Source: Thermoplasmata archaeon (GTDB lineage: Archaea; Thermoplasmatota; Thermoplasmata; Thermoplasmatales; Thermoplasmataceae). Taken from it: a stretch of 64,000 bases of DNA. The stretch lies in NCBI GenBank assembly GCA_015520045.1, contig WAQW01000018.1, positions 16,380 to 80,379 of the forward strand. Reading direction: 5' to 3'. Of this stretch, positions 27,118 to 35,295 are shown one piece after another (positions within the stretch are counted from its first letter, which is position 1; each line of letters opens with the position of its first letter). The notes beneath the pieces were generated by a model. That model was not told where the DNA came from. It made no database searches and saw only the letters and a list, made by a program, of their open reading frames with translations. Both the position numbers and the translations under genes were made by a program.

Positions 27118-27720
27118 ATGGTGGGATACAGGTTTATGGGATCGAATAAGGAATTGTTCAATGTGGAGACCGTTACGCCTGAGGAGAAAGAGGAGATCCT
27201 CAGGATAGTGAAGGATACCTTGCATTCATACCTGAGAAATGGAAAAATTCCCGACAATCTGCCCTGCCCTGAAAGACTGAAGAAGTACGCCGGGATATTC
27301 GTGACGCTCAAAAAGAGAGGAATGCTTCGTGGCTGCATCGGATTTCCATATCCGGTTTATCCCATATGCAGAGGTGCCATAGAAGCCACCATAGCCGCAT
27401 CGCAGGACGATCCCCGTTTCCCACCGGTATCCGCTGGTGAACTCGATGATGTAGAGGTGGAGGTGACCCTGCTCGGTTCTCCCGTGCGCACCGATCCGAC
27501 GACCGATGATTTTGTCAAAAATTTTAAGATCGGACAGGATGGTCTCATTATTTCAAGAGGTGGCTACTCCGGTCTTTTACTGCCACAGGTTGCCCTTGAG
27601 GAGGGCTTTAACATAGAGGAATTTCTTGAGGCAACGTGTCTCAAAGCAGGCTTGCCAAGATCTGCATGGAAAGACCCGGCAACGGAGGTCTACAAATTCA
27701 GGGGAATTTCATTCACGTAA
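27118..27720 (+). CDS. amrA: AMMECR1-domain protein (AmmeMemoRadiSam system protein A)
   Basis: 200-aa ORF, GIFVTLKKRGMLRGCIGFPYPVYPI and QDPRFPPV. From promoter spacing, the true start may be the ATG at 27136. Confidence 0.85.
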   Translation: MVGYRFMGSNKELFNVETVTPEEKEEILRIVKDTLHSYLRNGKIPDNLPCPERLKKYAGIFVTLKKRGMLRGCIGFPYPVYPICRGAIEATIAASQDDPRFPPVSAGELDDVEVEVTLLGSPVRTDPTTDDFVKNFKIGQDGLIISRGGYSGLLLPQVALEEGFNIEEFLEATCLKAGLPRSAWKDPATEVYKFRGISFT

Positions 27721-27728
27721 TCGGCAGA

Positions 27729-27962
27729 CTATGAGGTGATCTCGGTGAGAGTTTTTGTATCAAGTATACCCTGGATAGACCGAATGCGTTTCATAACAAT
27801 ATTCTCAACCTCTCTGTAGGAATCTGCATTAACCTTGGCGATGAAATCATACTCCCCGAGGAGTGCGTAGAGCTCTGAGACTCCACCGATGCTTTTCAGC
27901 TTATCCGCTATCTCCTCCTCCCTCCCCGGATAGGTATCAATCAAAACATATGCAACAACCAT
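27729..27962 (-). CDS. stand-alone Lrp/AsnC-type ligand-binding (RAM) domain protein
   Basis: 77-aa ORF, AYVLIDTYPGREEEIADKLKSIGGVSELYALLGEYDFIAKV. No helix-turn-helix domain is present. Confidence 0.7.
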   Translation of the reverse strand: MVVAYVLIDTYPGREEEIADKLKSIGGVSELYALLGEYDFIAKVNADSYREVENIVMKRIRSIQGILDTKTLTEITS

Positions 27963-27982
27963 TACTTAAAAAAAGCAAGGAG

Positions 27983-27990
27983 GTATAAAT
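27983..27990 (-). promoter_or_regulatory. TATA box (ATTTATAC on the minus strand) for the RAM-domain gene
   Basis: Centred about 25 nt upstream of the ATG at 27962, consistent with a leaderless transcript. Confidence 0.5.
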
Positions 27991-28006
27991 CATTATTGGT
28001 CAGGGT

Positions 28007-28024
28007 GGATGCATGAATGCATCC
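28007..28024. promoter_or_regulatory. 18-bp palindrome GGATGCATGAATGCATCC
   Basis: Two perfect 8-bp arms around a 2-nt centre. Located 27 nt after the helicase stop and about 20 nt upstream of the RAM-gene TATA. Could be an operator or a terminator hairpin. Confidence 0.5.
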
Positions 28025-28050
28025 AATAGAGCGAGGCAGTTTTCGCGAAC

Positions 28051-30936
28051 TCAAAAGTACGGGTCAAGGGAGTTGTGGTCATTACCGGAGCGGCTATTCT
28101 TCTTCTCGTAAATCTTTCTCAGGAGAGCCTCCATGGCACGTGAGAGAGATGTGTTCTCGAAGAAATTGTTACTCGGAGATGTGCTCTCAATGAGATAATC
28201 AACGAAAGAATCTGGATTCTTCTTAAACTTTATGAATGTTCGAATATGCTCATAGATTGCAGCTTCGGTTCGTGAGTTTGGGTATATACGTTTCAGCCTG
28301 TAATGATAATCACCAGTGTCTATCGCTCCCCTCAGTGCCACGTATCCCAGAGCGAGATCAATGTCATCCTCCGCTATTCCCTGCTGTTTCGCGAACATCT
28401 TTCTGTATATATAAAGCTGAGCATTAAAGTCGACATCATTCCTTTCATTCTTGCTCGTTTTATAATCCAATATGATATACTTCCCACTTTTCCTGAACTT
28501 GAAAACGGCATCTATTGTTCCAGTTATCTGCAGGGAATCGACATCCTTAAGATCGGGAAAGATATCTTTGAGAGGTAGCAATATTTTTTTCTCTGAATAT
28601 ATCTGGTCAGCGCCTTCCTCAATGATCTCCTTCCTGAGAGACTGTATGTTGTGTACCATTGCCTCCTCCCTCTCATTCAGTTTTCCAAGGGGCTCTCCGT
28701 AGTACAGCCGCTCGGCAATGCTATGAACCGAGGTACCAAAATCGAGTGCTGCATTGTATGTGGGCACGTTTATTATTTTCTCGATAAGATAGTTGAGTGG
28801 ATACTTTATGGCGCTTATGGAAGTAGGTGAAACAAGTTCAAGATGAGAGAAATGCCGTCTGATCTCCTTCAACAGCCAGTTTCCATCATCATTTAGAGCT
28901 TCAAGAGCTTCACTCACCTTTCCAGCTACGAAGAGAGAATAAGCCTCACTGAATGCGCTGCTGATGGACGGGCGACCAAAATCAATATCCACAACTCTAG
29001 ACCTGCAGACATTCGGAAATTCATAGTTTCTGCGGTAATCTTCTTTTATTACTATGCTGAGTGATTTCTTGGCTCGTGTGAAAGCCACAAAATCGACCCT
29101 GTTGCCCTCCTCCCTGAGCTCCGAAGACACATCCAGGCCTCGGGTGGATAGCACTATGATATTTGTCACAAAATCTATCATTCTGGGAGCTTTGCTGTTG
29201 CTGCTGGGAACATATACCACGTGTTGGAATTCCTTTCCTTTTGCCTTGTGAACCGTGGTCAGTATGATCCTTCCGGCTCCGGGTGAGGGATCATAGTTGA
29301 TATCCACAACCTCAATAAAATCCAACAGCTCATCCACATCGAGCGGGTCGTTAGTTCGTATGATCTCTCCCAGTGAATCGAAAATGACCTTCACGGTCAG
29401 GAAATAATCTCTACCCATAGGTACCGACGCAGGAAGGATTCTGGTACGGAACACGTTGATGAGACCTCCAGGATCATCAAGCTTTCGTTTCATCTCAAAG
29501 AAGGGTTCCATCTTCTTGAAAAGATCGGTTCCAAGAATGGATTTTAACCGCATTGCTGGTTTCACATCTGATGGCTTCACAGACATAACGTTATTTGATT
29601 CGGTATCACGTTTGTAGGATTTGTATCTGGAAGAGATCTTCATGGCCTCTGCTATACCTATCCCCGAGAAGGGTGTGAACAGGGCTTTGATCATTTCATA
29701 CTCATGATCCACCAGGAGACCCTTCAAAAAGATCTTGACATCATTCCTGGCCTCCTCGCTGGCAGAGGGGGGCGAATAGTTGGTGTACTCCACGCCTGAA
29801 TCATCAAGATATTTTGATACTTCATGTAGCTGAGCATTTGTCCTTGTGATTATAGCTATTGTACCTTTATCCTCTTTATCTGTGGATTCCAGTAATGTAG
29901 AGGCGATATTGGCGGCTGTTCTGACCGGATTGTTTGAAATAACAACTTCGGGAGGATCACCTTGGCCGTTCTCGGAACTCGGAGTGAAATTCTCCAGCTC
30001 CTCTCTGAAGATATCATTCTGGGTAACGTGCTTGAAGTATTCCTTCGCATAGTTGATTATCTGCTCTGTGCTGCGCCAGTTAAGTCCAAGAATCTTTTTT
30101 ACGTATGTCTGATCAGATGCGAACCTCTCGAACACAGAAAGAGTTCCGCCCTGGAAGCCAAAAATGGATTGTTTCCTATCACCAACAAGAAACTTAACCT
30201 CACCCACCTCCTCGATTATGCGTGCCTGAATGTCGTTAACATCCTGTAACTCATCCACAAAGATGTATGGGTATTTCCTCCGCCGGGAAGGGGGGATGTC
30301 GAGGTACCTGAGGAGAAGGTCATTGAAGTCAAAAAACCTCCCTTCTTTAAGTTTCTCATAATCTCTGTAAGCCTCCAAGAAAAACTCAACCAGTTTTGCG
30401 AAGGCGCTGTCCGAGAGTTTGGTGGAGCGGTAATCTGGATTTTTTGAGCCCGTCTCCAGAACTTTTTGCTCTTCCACCATATCCGGGAGCACACCGAAGC
30501 TCTTAACGTACCTGATAGCATTCTCCAGCTTTGGGACCATCTCACTAATTACATATGATCTTCTATAGGTAAAGGGATTATGTCTGTGGATAGTCCTCAA
30601 AATCGAGAAACGAAGGAGGTTAGAGGAATTTATGATTTTTGCGAAGTCCTCATGTTCCCTTAGCTGGCGGTACGCAAAACTGTGAAAGGTACTGACCTCA
30701 ACCTCATTCGCTATGCGCAGGTCGACACCCATAACACTGCATTTTTTTCTGATCGCAGAGAGCATTTCCTCGGATGCCTTCACAGTAAAGGTTAGACAGA
30801 GAATATCGGTCGGTTTCACCCCTTCCTTAAGAAGAGAAGCTACACGTTCAGCTATTTTAGTTGTTTTGCCCGTTCCGGGGTTTGCGATAACGATCTCAGA
30901 CTCACGATGCGGACCCTGGGTGTTCTCATCATGCAT
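28051..30936 (-). CDS. UvrD/Rep-family SF1 helicase fused to a C-terminal PD-(D/E)XK (RecB/AddA-like) nuclease domain
   Basis: 961-aa ORF. Helicase motifs ANPGTGKTT (I), FVDELQD (II), GDRKQSIFGFQGG (III), TTVHKAKGKEFQHVVY, VAFTRAKKSL (VI). C-terminal nuclease motifs GTIDAV, ILDYKTSK, QLYIYRKMF. Confidence 0.85.
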   Translation of the reverse strand: MHDENTQGPHRESEIVIANPGTGKTTKIAERVASLLKEGVKPTDILCLTFTVKASEEMLSAIRKKCSVMGVDLRIANEVEVSTFHSFAYRQLREHEDFAKIINSSNLLRFSILRTIHRHNPFTYRRSYVISEMVPKLENAIRYVKSFGVLPDMVEEQKVLETGSKNPDYRSTKLSDSAFAKLVEFFLEAYRDYEKLKEGRFFDFNDLLLRYLDIPPSRRRKYPYIFVDELQDVNDIQARIIEEVGEVKFLVGDRKQSIFGFQGGTLSVFERFASDQTYVKKILGLNWRSTEQIINYAKEYFKHVTQNDIFREELENFTPSSENGQGDPPEVVISNNPVRTAANIASTLLESTDKEDKGTIAIITRTNAQLHEVSKYLDDSGVEYTNYSPPSASEEARNDVKIFLKGLLVDHEYEMIKALFTPFSGIGIAEAMKISSRYKSYKRDTESNNVMSVKPSDVKPAMRLKSILGTDLFKKMEPFFEMKRKLDDPGGLINVFRTRILPASVPMGRDYFLTVKVIFDSLGEIIRTNDPLDVDELLDFIEVVDINYDPSPGAGRIILTTVHKAKGKEFQHVVYVPSSNSKAPRMIDFVTNIIVLSTRGLDVSSELREEGNRVDFVAFTRAKKSLSIVIKEDYRRNYEFPNVCRSRVVDIDFGRPSISSAFSEAYSLFVAGKVSEALEALNDDGNWLLKEIRRHFSHLELVSPTSISAIKYPLNYLIEKIINVPTYNAALDFGTSVHSIAERLYYGEPLGKLNEREEAMVHNIQSLRKEIIEEGADQIYSEKKILLPLKDIFPDLKDVDSLQITGTIDAVFKFRKSGKYIILDYKTSKNERNDVDFNAQLYIYRKMFAKQQGIAEDDIDLALGYVALRGAIDTGDYHYRLKRIYPNSRTEAAIYEHIRTFIKFKKNPDSFVDYLIESTSPSNNFFENTSLSRAMEALLRKIYEKKNSRSGNDHNSLDPYF

Positions 30937-31104
30937 GCGATTATGATACCTATAATGAATAAATTAGTTTCCACATCATTAACACTACGGGAAACCGAGT
31001 GAGTGTGTAACTCGAATGGGGTTTGCTGAAATAATCCGTTAACAGATTCCTGCAGTTTACCACCAATCGTGAGGAACAGTAGTTCTATAACATGGTAGTA
31101 AAAT

Positions 31105-31112
31105 GTTTATAG
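31105..31112 (+). promoter_or_regulatory. TATA box (GTTTATAG) for thrS
   Basis: Centred about 25 nt upstream of the ATG at 31133. Confidence 0.5.
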
Positions 31113-31132
31113 ATGCCTGAATTGCTCAGTGG

Positions 31133-33139
31133 ATGAGTCAGGCCGTTGAGATCGATATACGAAAGGGGCAAAAGTTTTCGGATGCCATAAGAGATCATGA
31201 TGTTATCGTAGCGAAGTTCAAGGGAAAACTCTATGACCTGGATTCTACGGCTCCGGAAGATGGAGTTTTTATTCCTGTGAAGCTCAGAGATGAGGAGGGT
31301 CTAACCGTTCTCAGGCATTCAGCGGCTCATCTGCTGGCCCATGCTGTTACTTCGCTGTATAAAGGAGCACTCCCCAACACAGGCCCTCCCACCGAGGACG
31401 GTTTCTACTACGACATTAAGATGGATCCTATAAGTTCCGACGAACTCCCAAAAATAGAAAAAAAGATGAAAGAGATAGCCTCAAAAAATCTAAAGATAGA
31501 GAGGCTGGAATATGATAAGGATACCCTGGTGAAGATTTTTTCTGGTAATAGATTCAAGCTTAACATAATAGAGGAAAAGGTTCCCGACGGATCCACATCA
31601 ACCGTTTACAGACAGGGTGATTTCGTGGATCTCTGCACCGGCCCCCACGTTCCCTCGACCTCTTATCTGAAAGCGGTTAAACTCCTTTCTCTTGCATCCA
31701 CCAACTACAGGGGAGATATAAATGGAGAACCTCTTGTGCGAATTTACGGCACTGCTTTCCCGGATCAAAAATCCTTGAACGAATATCTCAGAATGAGAGA
31801 GGAAGCCATGAAGCGTGATCACAGAAAGATAGGGCAGGAAATGGATCTATTCATATTCGATTCTGAACGTGCACCAGGCTTTCCGCTTTACACCCCCTAT
31901 GGAACTATTCTTAGGAATTCCCTCGTTGGATACATGCGAGAATTGAACAGAGAAAATGGATGGTCAGAGGTTTACACCCCTCACATCTTCAGAGATTCTA
32001 TGTGGAAAAAGTCAGGTCATTACGCAAAATACAGAGAGAGCATGTACACATTTCAAATGGATGATGGTACCGGCTATGCCATAAAACCCATGAACTGTCC
32101 CGGACATGTCACAATCTTTGAGAGAGAGCAGCACAGTTTCAGGGATCTTCCGGTAAGATACTCTGAGCCCGGTACGGTATATAGATACGAGAAATCTGGC
32201 GAGGTGGGGGGCCTCACGAGACCGAGGATGTTTACCATAGATGATGGCCACGCTTTCGTTAGAGAAGATCAGATAGTGAGTGAAGTTACGGCCATACTGG
32301 GCATGATCCAAAAGACTTTCACGGATCTTTTTGGAAAAGCGGATCTGACATATGAGTTGAGCGTCATTGACAAGGATGATCTTGACAATTATCTCATAAC
32401 ATACAGATGTTCCAGATGCCAGACAGAGATAGAGTCGAGAAAAACCTCTCAGGACCATCTCATCTGCCCGAATTGCGGATCGACGGACCTCAAACCGGAT
32501 CTTGACCGATGGGATGCAGCGACATCTGCACTGAGAAATGCCCTACAGTCACAGGGGGTTGACTTCAAAGAATTTGAAGGTGAGGCTGCATTCTACGGAC
32601 CGAAAATAGATGTGCATCTCAGGGATGCGCTGGGGCGATCGTGGCAGCTCTCGACTGTGCAGGTCGACTTCAATCTACCTCTGAATTTCGATTTAACCTA
32701 TATTGACAGCGGAGGGGAAAGAAAGCACGTAGTTATGATCCACAGAGCCATATATGGTAGCTATGAAAGGATCATGGCGATCCTGCTGGAACATTACGCC
32801 GGAAAACTTCCAACCTGGCTCTCTCCCATTCAGGTATACATTACACCTGTGAGTGATCGATTCCTCCCGTACACGGAGAAGGTACATGAAAAATTACTTG
32901 CCAGTGGAATAAGGTCATTCCTCGACTACTCGAAGGAAACCGTCAACAAAAAGATAAGGATGAACAGAAAAAAGAGACCAAGTTACATAGTCATCATCGG
33001 TGAGAAGGAAGTGGCGAACTCATCGGTGAGTGTGAGAAACAGAAGAGGAGATGTAAAGGCCATGGCACTGGATGAATTCATCAATATGCTGAGAGCTGAG
33101 ATATCTCACAAAAGGGTTGAGCAGCCAGAGTTCCAGTGA
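31133..33139 (+). CDS. thrS: threonyl-tRNA synthetase
   Basis: 668-aa ORF. TGS-like N-terminus, SAD/N2 editing motifs (HSAAHLLAHA, CTGPH), class II catalytic core (IKPMNCPGH, FTIDDGHAF, FYGPKID) and an anticodon-binding domain. Confidence 0.92.
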   Translation: MSQAVEIDIRKGQKFSDAIRDHDVIVAKFKGKLYDLDSTAPEDGVFIPVKLRDEEGLTVLRHSAAHLLAHAVTSLYKGALPNTGPPTEDGFYYDIKMDPISSDELPKIEKKMKEIASKNLKIERLEYDKDTLVKIFSGNRFKLNIIEEKVPDGSTSTVYRQGDFVDLCTGPHVPSTSYLKAVKLLSLASTNYRGDINGEPLVRIYGTAFPDQKSLNEYLRMREEAMKRDHRKIGQEMDLFIFDSERAPGFPLYTPYGTILRNSLVGYMRELNRENGWSEVYTPHIFRDSMWKKSGHYAKYRESMYTFQMDDGTGYAIKPMNCPGHVTIFEREQHSFRDLPVRYSEPGTVYRYEKSGEVGGLTRPRMFTIDDGHAFVREDQIVSEVTAILGMIQKTFTDLFGKADLTYELSVIDKDDLDNYLITYRCSRCQTEIESRKTSQDHLICPNCGSTDLKPDLDRWDAATSALRNALQSQGVDFKEFEGEAAFYGPKIDVHLRDALGRSWQLSTVQVDFNLPLNFDLTYIDSGGERKHVVMIHRAIYGSYERIMAILLEHYAGKLPTWLSPIQVYITPVSDRFLPYTEKVHEKLLASGIRSFLDYSKETVNKKIRMNRKKRPSYIVIIGEKEVANSSVSVRNRRGDVKAMALDEFINMLRAEISHKRVEQPEFQ

Positions 33140-33156
33140 TCCAATAAATGAAAATA

Positions 33157-34212
33157 TCAGGAGCTCTTCTTGGCTCCCCCTGAACCCTTTTTGCGTTTTT
33201 TGATCTCATCGATCATTATTGGTATTGCCTTGTAAAGATCTGCATTTATGAAGTAGTCTGAGTATTTGGCTATCCCGGCATCCGGATCGTTGTTTATGGA
33301 GATTATGGTCTCAGAGGCTTTCATACCAACCACATGCTGAATCTTTCCTGATATTCCGGCTGCCACATACAGTTTGGCCCTGACGGTCTGACCTGTCTGA
33401 CCCACCTGATGATCGTAGGGGATCCATCCAAGATCCACAACCGGTCTCGAGGCACCAACGTCACCTCCGAGAACATCTGCCAGCTCTCTGATCAGTTTAA
33501 AACCATCCGGCTTTCCGAGGCCAAGACCACCCGATACGATTATATCGCTCTTGGTCAGATCAAGTTTCTCCTTGGGTTTTCTGCTGACAATCCTGTGTTT
33601 CAGGTACTTTTCGTCCAGCTTTACCTTTTCTATCCTGACCTCACATTTCCTGCCAGGAATTTTCTCAGGAACAGGATAACTACCGGGTCTCGAGCTCACA
33701 GTCTGAGGGCGGTGTTTTCTGCACAGGATCTGGTTTATCGTTTTGTCACCAAATGCTGGCCTCCATGATATCAAGAGGCGCTGCTTTGGTTCGACATCCA
33801 GTTCAACACAGTCTGCAGCCACACCGGTCCTCACACGAACGGCGATTCTCGAAACAAGATCTCTCCCTTCCCTGGTACCGGAAATCAAAAGAATGTTGGG
33901 TTTGTACTTCTCAATGAAGTCCGTGATCTTATGAGCGTACGGGATGCTCCTGAAATACCGGTGCTCGGGAGACTCCGCGCCAAGGAAAATATCACACCCG
34001 TACGTTCCGGCCTCCTCGGCGATTGGTGAGAGATTATCTCCCAGAGACACACATATAACCTTCTCGTTGACCTTGTCCGCAATGACTCTGGCCCTCCCGA
34101 TCATTTCCAGAGATCCTCTCACGATCGAGCCGTTTCTGTGCTCAACGTAGACCATTACGTTTTTGTACTCTTCAATGTTTTCAGGCGGAACACAGTTAAT
34201 GAGTTTTGACAT
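33157..34212 (-). CDS. etfA: electron transfer flavoprotein alpha subunit (EtfA/FixB)
   Basis: 351-aa ORF with C-terminal FAD-binding motif (YVAAGISGKIQHVVGMKASETIISINNDPDA). Confidence 0.88.
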   Translation of the reverse strand: MSKLINCVPPENIEEYKNVMVYVEHRNGSIVRGSLEMIGRARVIADKVNEKVICVSLGDNLSPIAEEAGTYGCDIFLGAESPEHRYFRSIPYAHKITDFIEKYKPNILLISGTREGRDLVSRIAVRVRTGVAADCVELDVEPKQRLLISWRPAFGDKTINQILCRKHRPQTVSSRPGSYPVPEKIPGRKCEVRIEKVKLDEKYLKHRIVSRKPKEKLDLTKSDIIVSGGLGLGKPDGFKLIRELADVLGGDVGASRPVVDLGWIPYDHQVGQTGQTVRAKLYVAAGISGKIQHVVGMKASETIISINNDPDAGIAKYSDYFINADLYKAIPIMIDEIKKRKKGSGGAKKSS

Positions 34213-35012
34213 TACGCTCCATCCTCCCTTTTAATGATTCCCTTTTCAAAAAGCTCATCAATCATCTCGGGAATCTGTTCCAGCGAAATCTTCTTGGATG
34301 CCCTCTTTTTTTCCTCTGGAACCTTTACAGCACCGACAATGGTGGGGCTCCCCCTTATCCCGATCCAATCAGGAGGGAGACCAAGAGTCTCATGATCCCA
34401 CCTCTCTATTCCCTTCTTTATTGCATCGATCTTGCGTCTGAGAGTGGCCCTTCTCGGAATGTTTGCACCGGTTAAGACAGTTACAAGAACCGGGAAAGGG
34501 ACCTCCACAACCTCGTCCGCATCTTCGAGAATCCTCTTCACTCTGATCTTGTCGTCAACAACCTCCGCAGATTCCGCATATGTGACCTGATCAATATCGA
34601 GAAATTCAGCAACCCCAGGACCCACATGCCCTGTTCCTGAATCGGTTGTGCTCTCACCAGCAAGAATGATGTCATACTTTCCAATCTTATCGATTGTCGC
34701 AGCCAGGGTAAGAGATGTTGCATAGGTATCAGCCGCGGCAAAGGCTCTATCAGTTATGAGGATGCCACGATCGGCCCCCCTTCCCATACATTCAATTATG
34801 GCTTCCTCGGCCTGCGGAGGACCCATTGAGATGACTGTTACCTCAGCACCCACCTTATCTTTAATCTGCAGTGCGATCTCGAGTGCATTCTCATCGGGTA
34901 TGTTGATAACACCTCTAGCTGCTGTTCTGTTAAGCGTATATGTGACAGGATCTATGAATATCTCCTCGGCATCCGGAACCTGTTTCATCATAACTATGAT
35001 CTTTAATGTCAT
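34212..35012 (-). CDS. etfB: electron transfer flavoprotein beta subunit (EtfB/FixA)
   Basis: 266-aa ORF, IVMMKQVPD..., DIILAGESTTDSGTGHVGPGVAEFL. Confidence 0.88.
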   Translation of the reverse strand: MTLKIIVMMKQVPDAEEIFIDPVTYTLNRTAARGVINIPDENALEIALQIKDKVGAEVTVISMGPPQAEEAIIECMGRGADRGILITDRAFAAADTYATSLTLAATIDKIGKYDIILAGESTTDSGTGHVGPGVAEFLDIDQVTYAESAEVVDDKIRVKRILEDADEVVEVPFPVLVTVLTGANIPRRATLRRKIDAIKKGIERWDHETLGLPPDWIGIRGSPTIVGAVKVPEEKKRASKKISLEQIPEMIDELFEKGIIKREDGA

Positions 35013-35021
35013 TATCTCACC

Positions 35022-35294
35022 TCATCCATATTTATATTTGATTCCGTGTCCACCCTTTGGGTTTGTCCACTTAACACTACCATGCGAACAGGCAAAGAAA
35101 CAAGTTCCGCATTCAACGCAGTCTTCGTACTTGAAGTTGATCTTATTGTCTATTACTGTGTAACAGTGCGCCGGACAGGCGAACGTGCAAAATCTGTCCG
35201 GACAGGTCTCACAGATGACGGGATCTATTGTTATGTGAGCATAACTTTTGTCGGTTTTGTAATTTAAAACTCCGAGTTTTTCTTCAATTTCCAT
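35022..35294 (-). CDS. fixX: ferredoxin-like protein FixX
   Basis: 90-aa ORF with Cys motifs CETCPDRFCTFACP and CVECGTC. Located between fixC and etfB. Confidence 0.85.
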   Translation of the reverse strand: MEIEEKLGVLNYKTDKSYAHITIDPVICETCPDRFCTFACPAHCYTVIDNKINFKYEDCVECGTCFFACSHGSVKWTNPKGGHGIKYKYG

Positions 35295-35295
35295 A

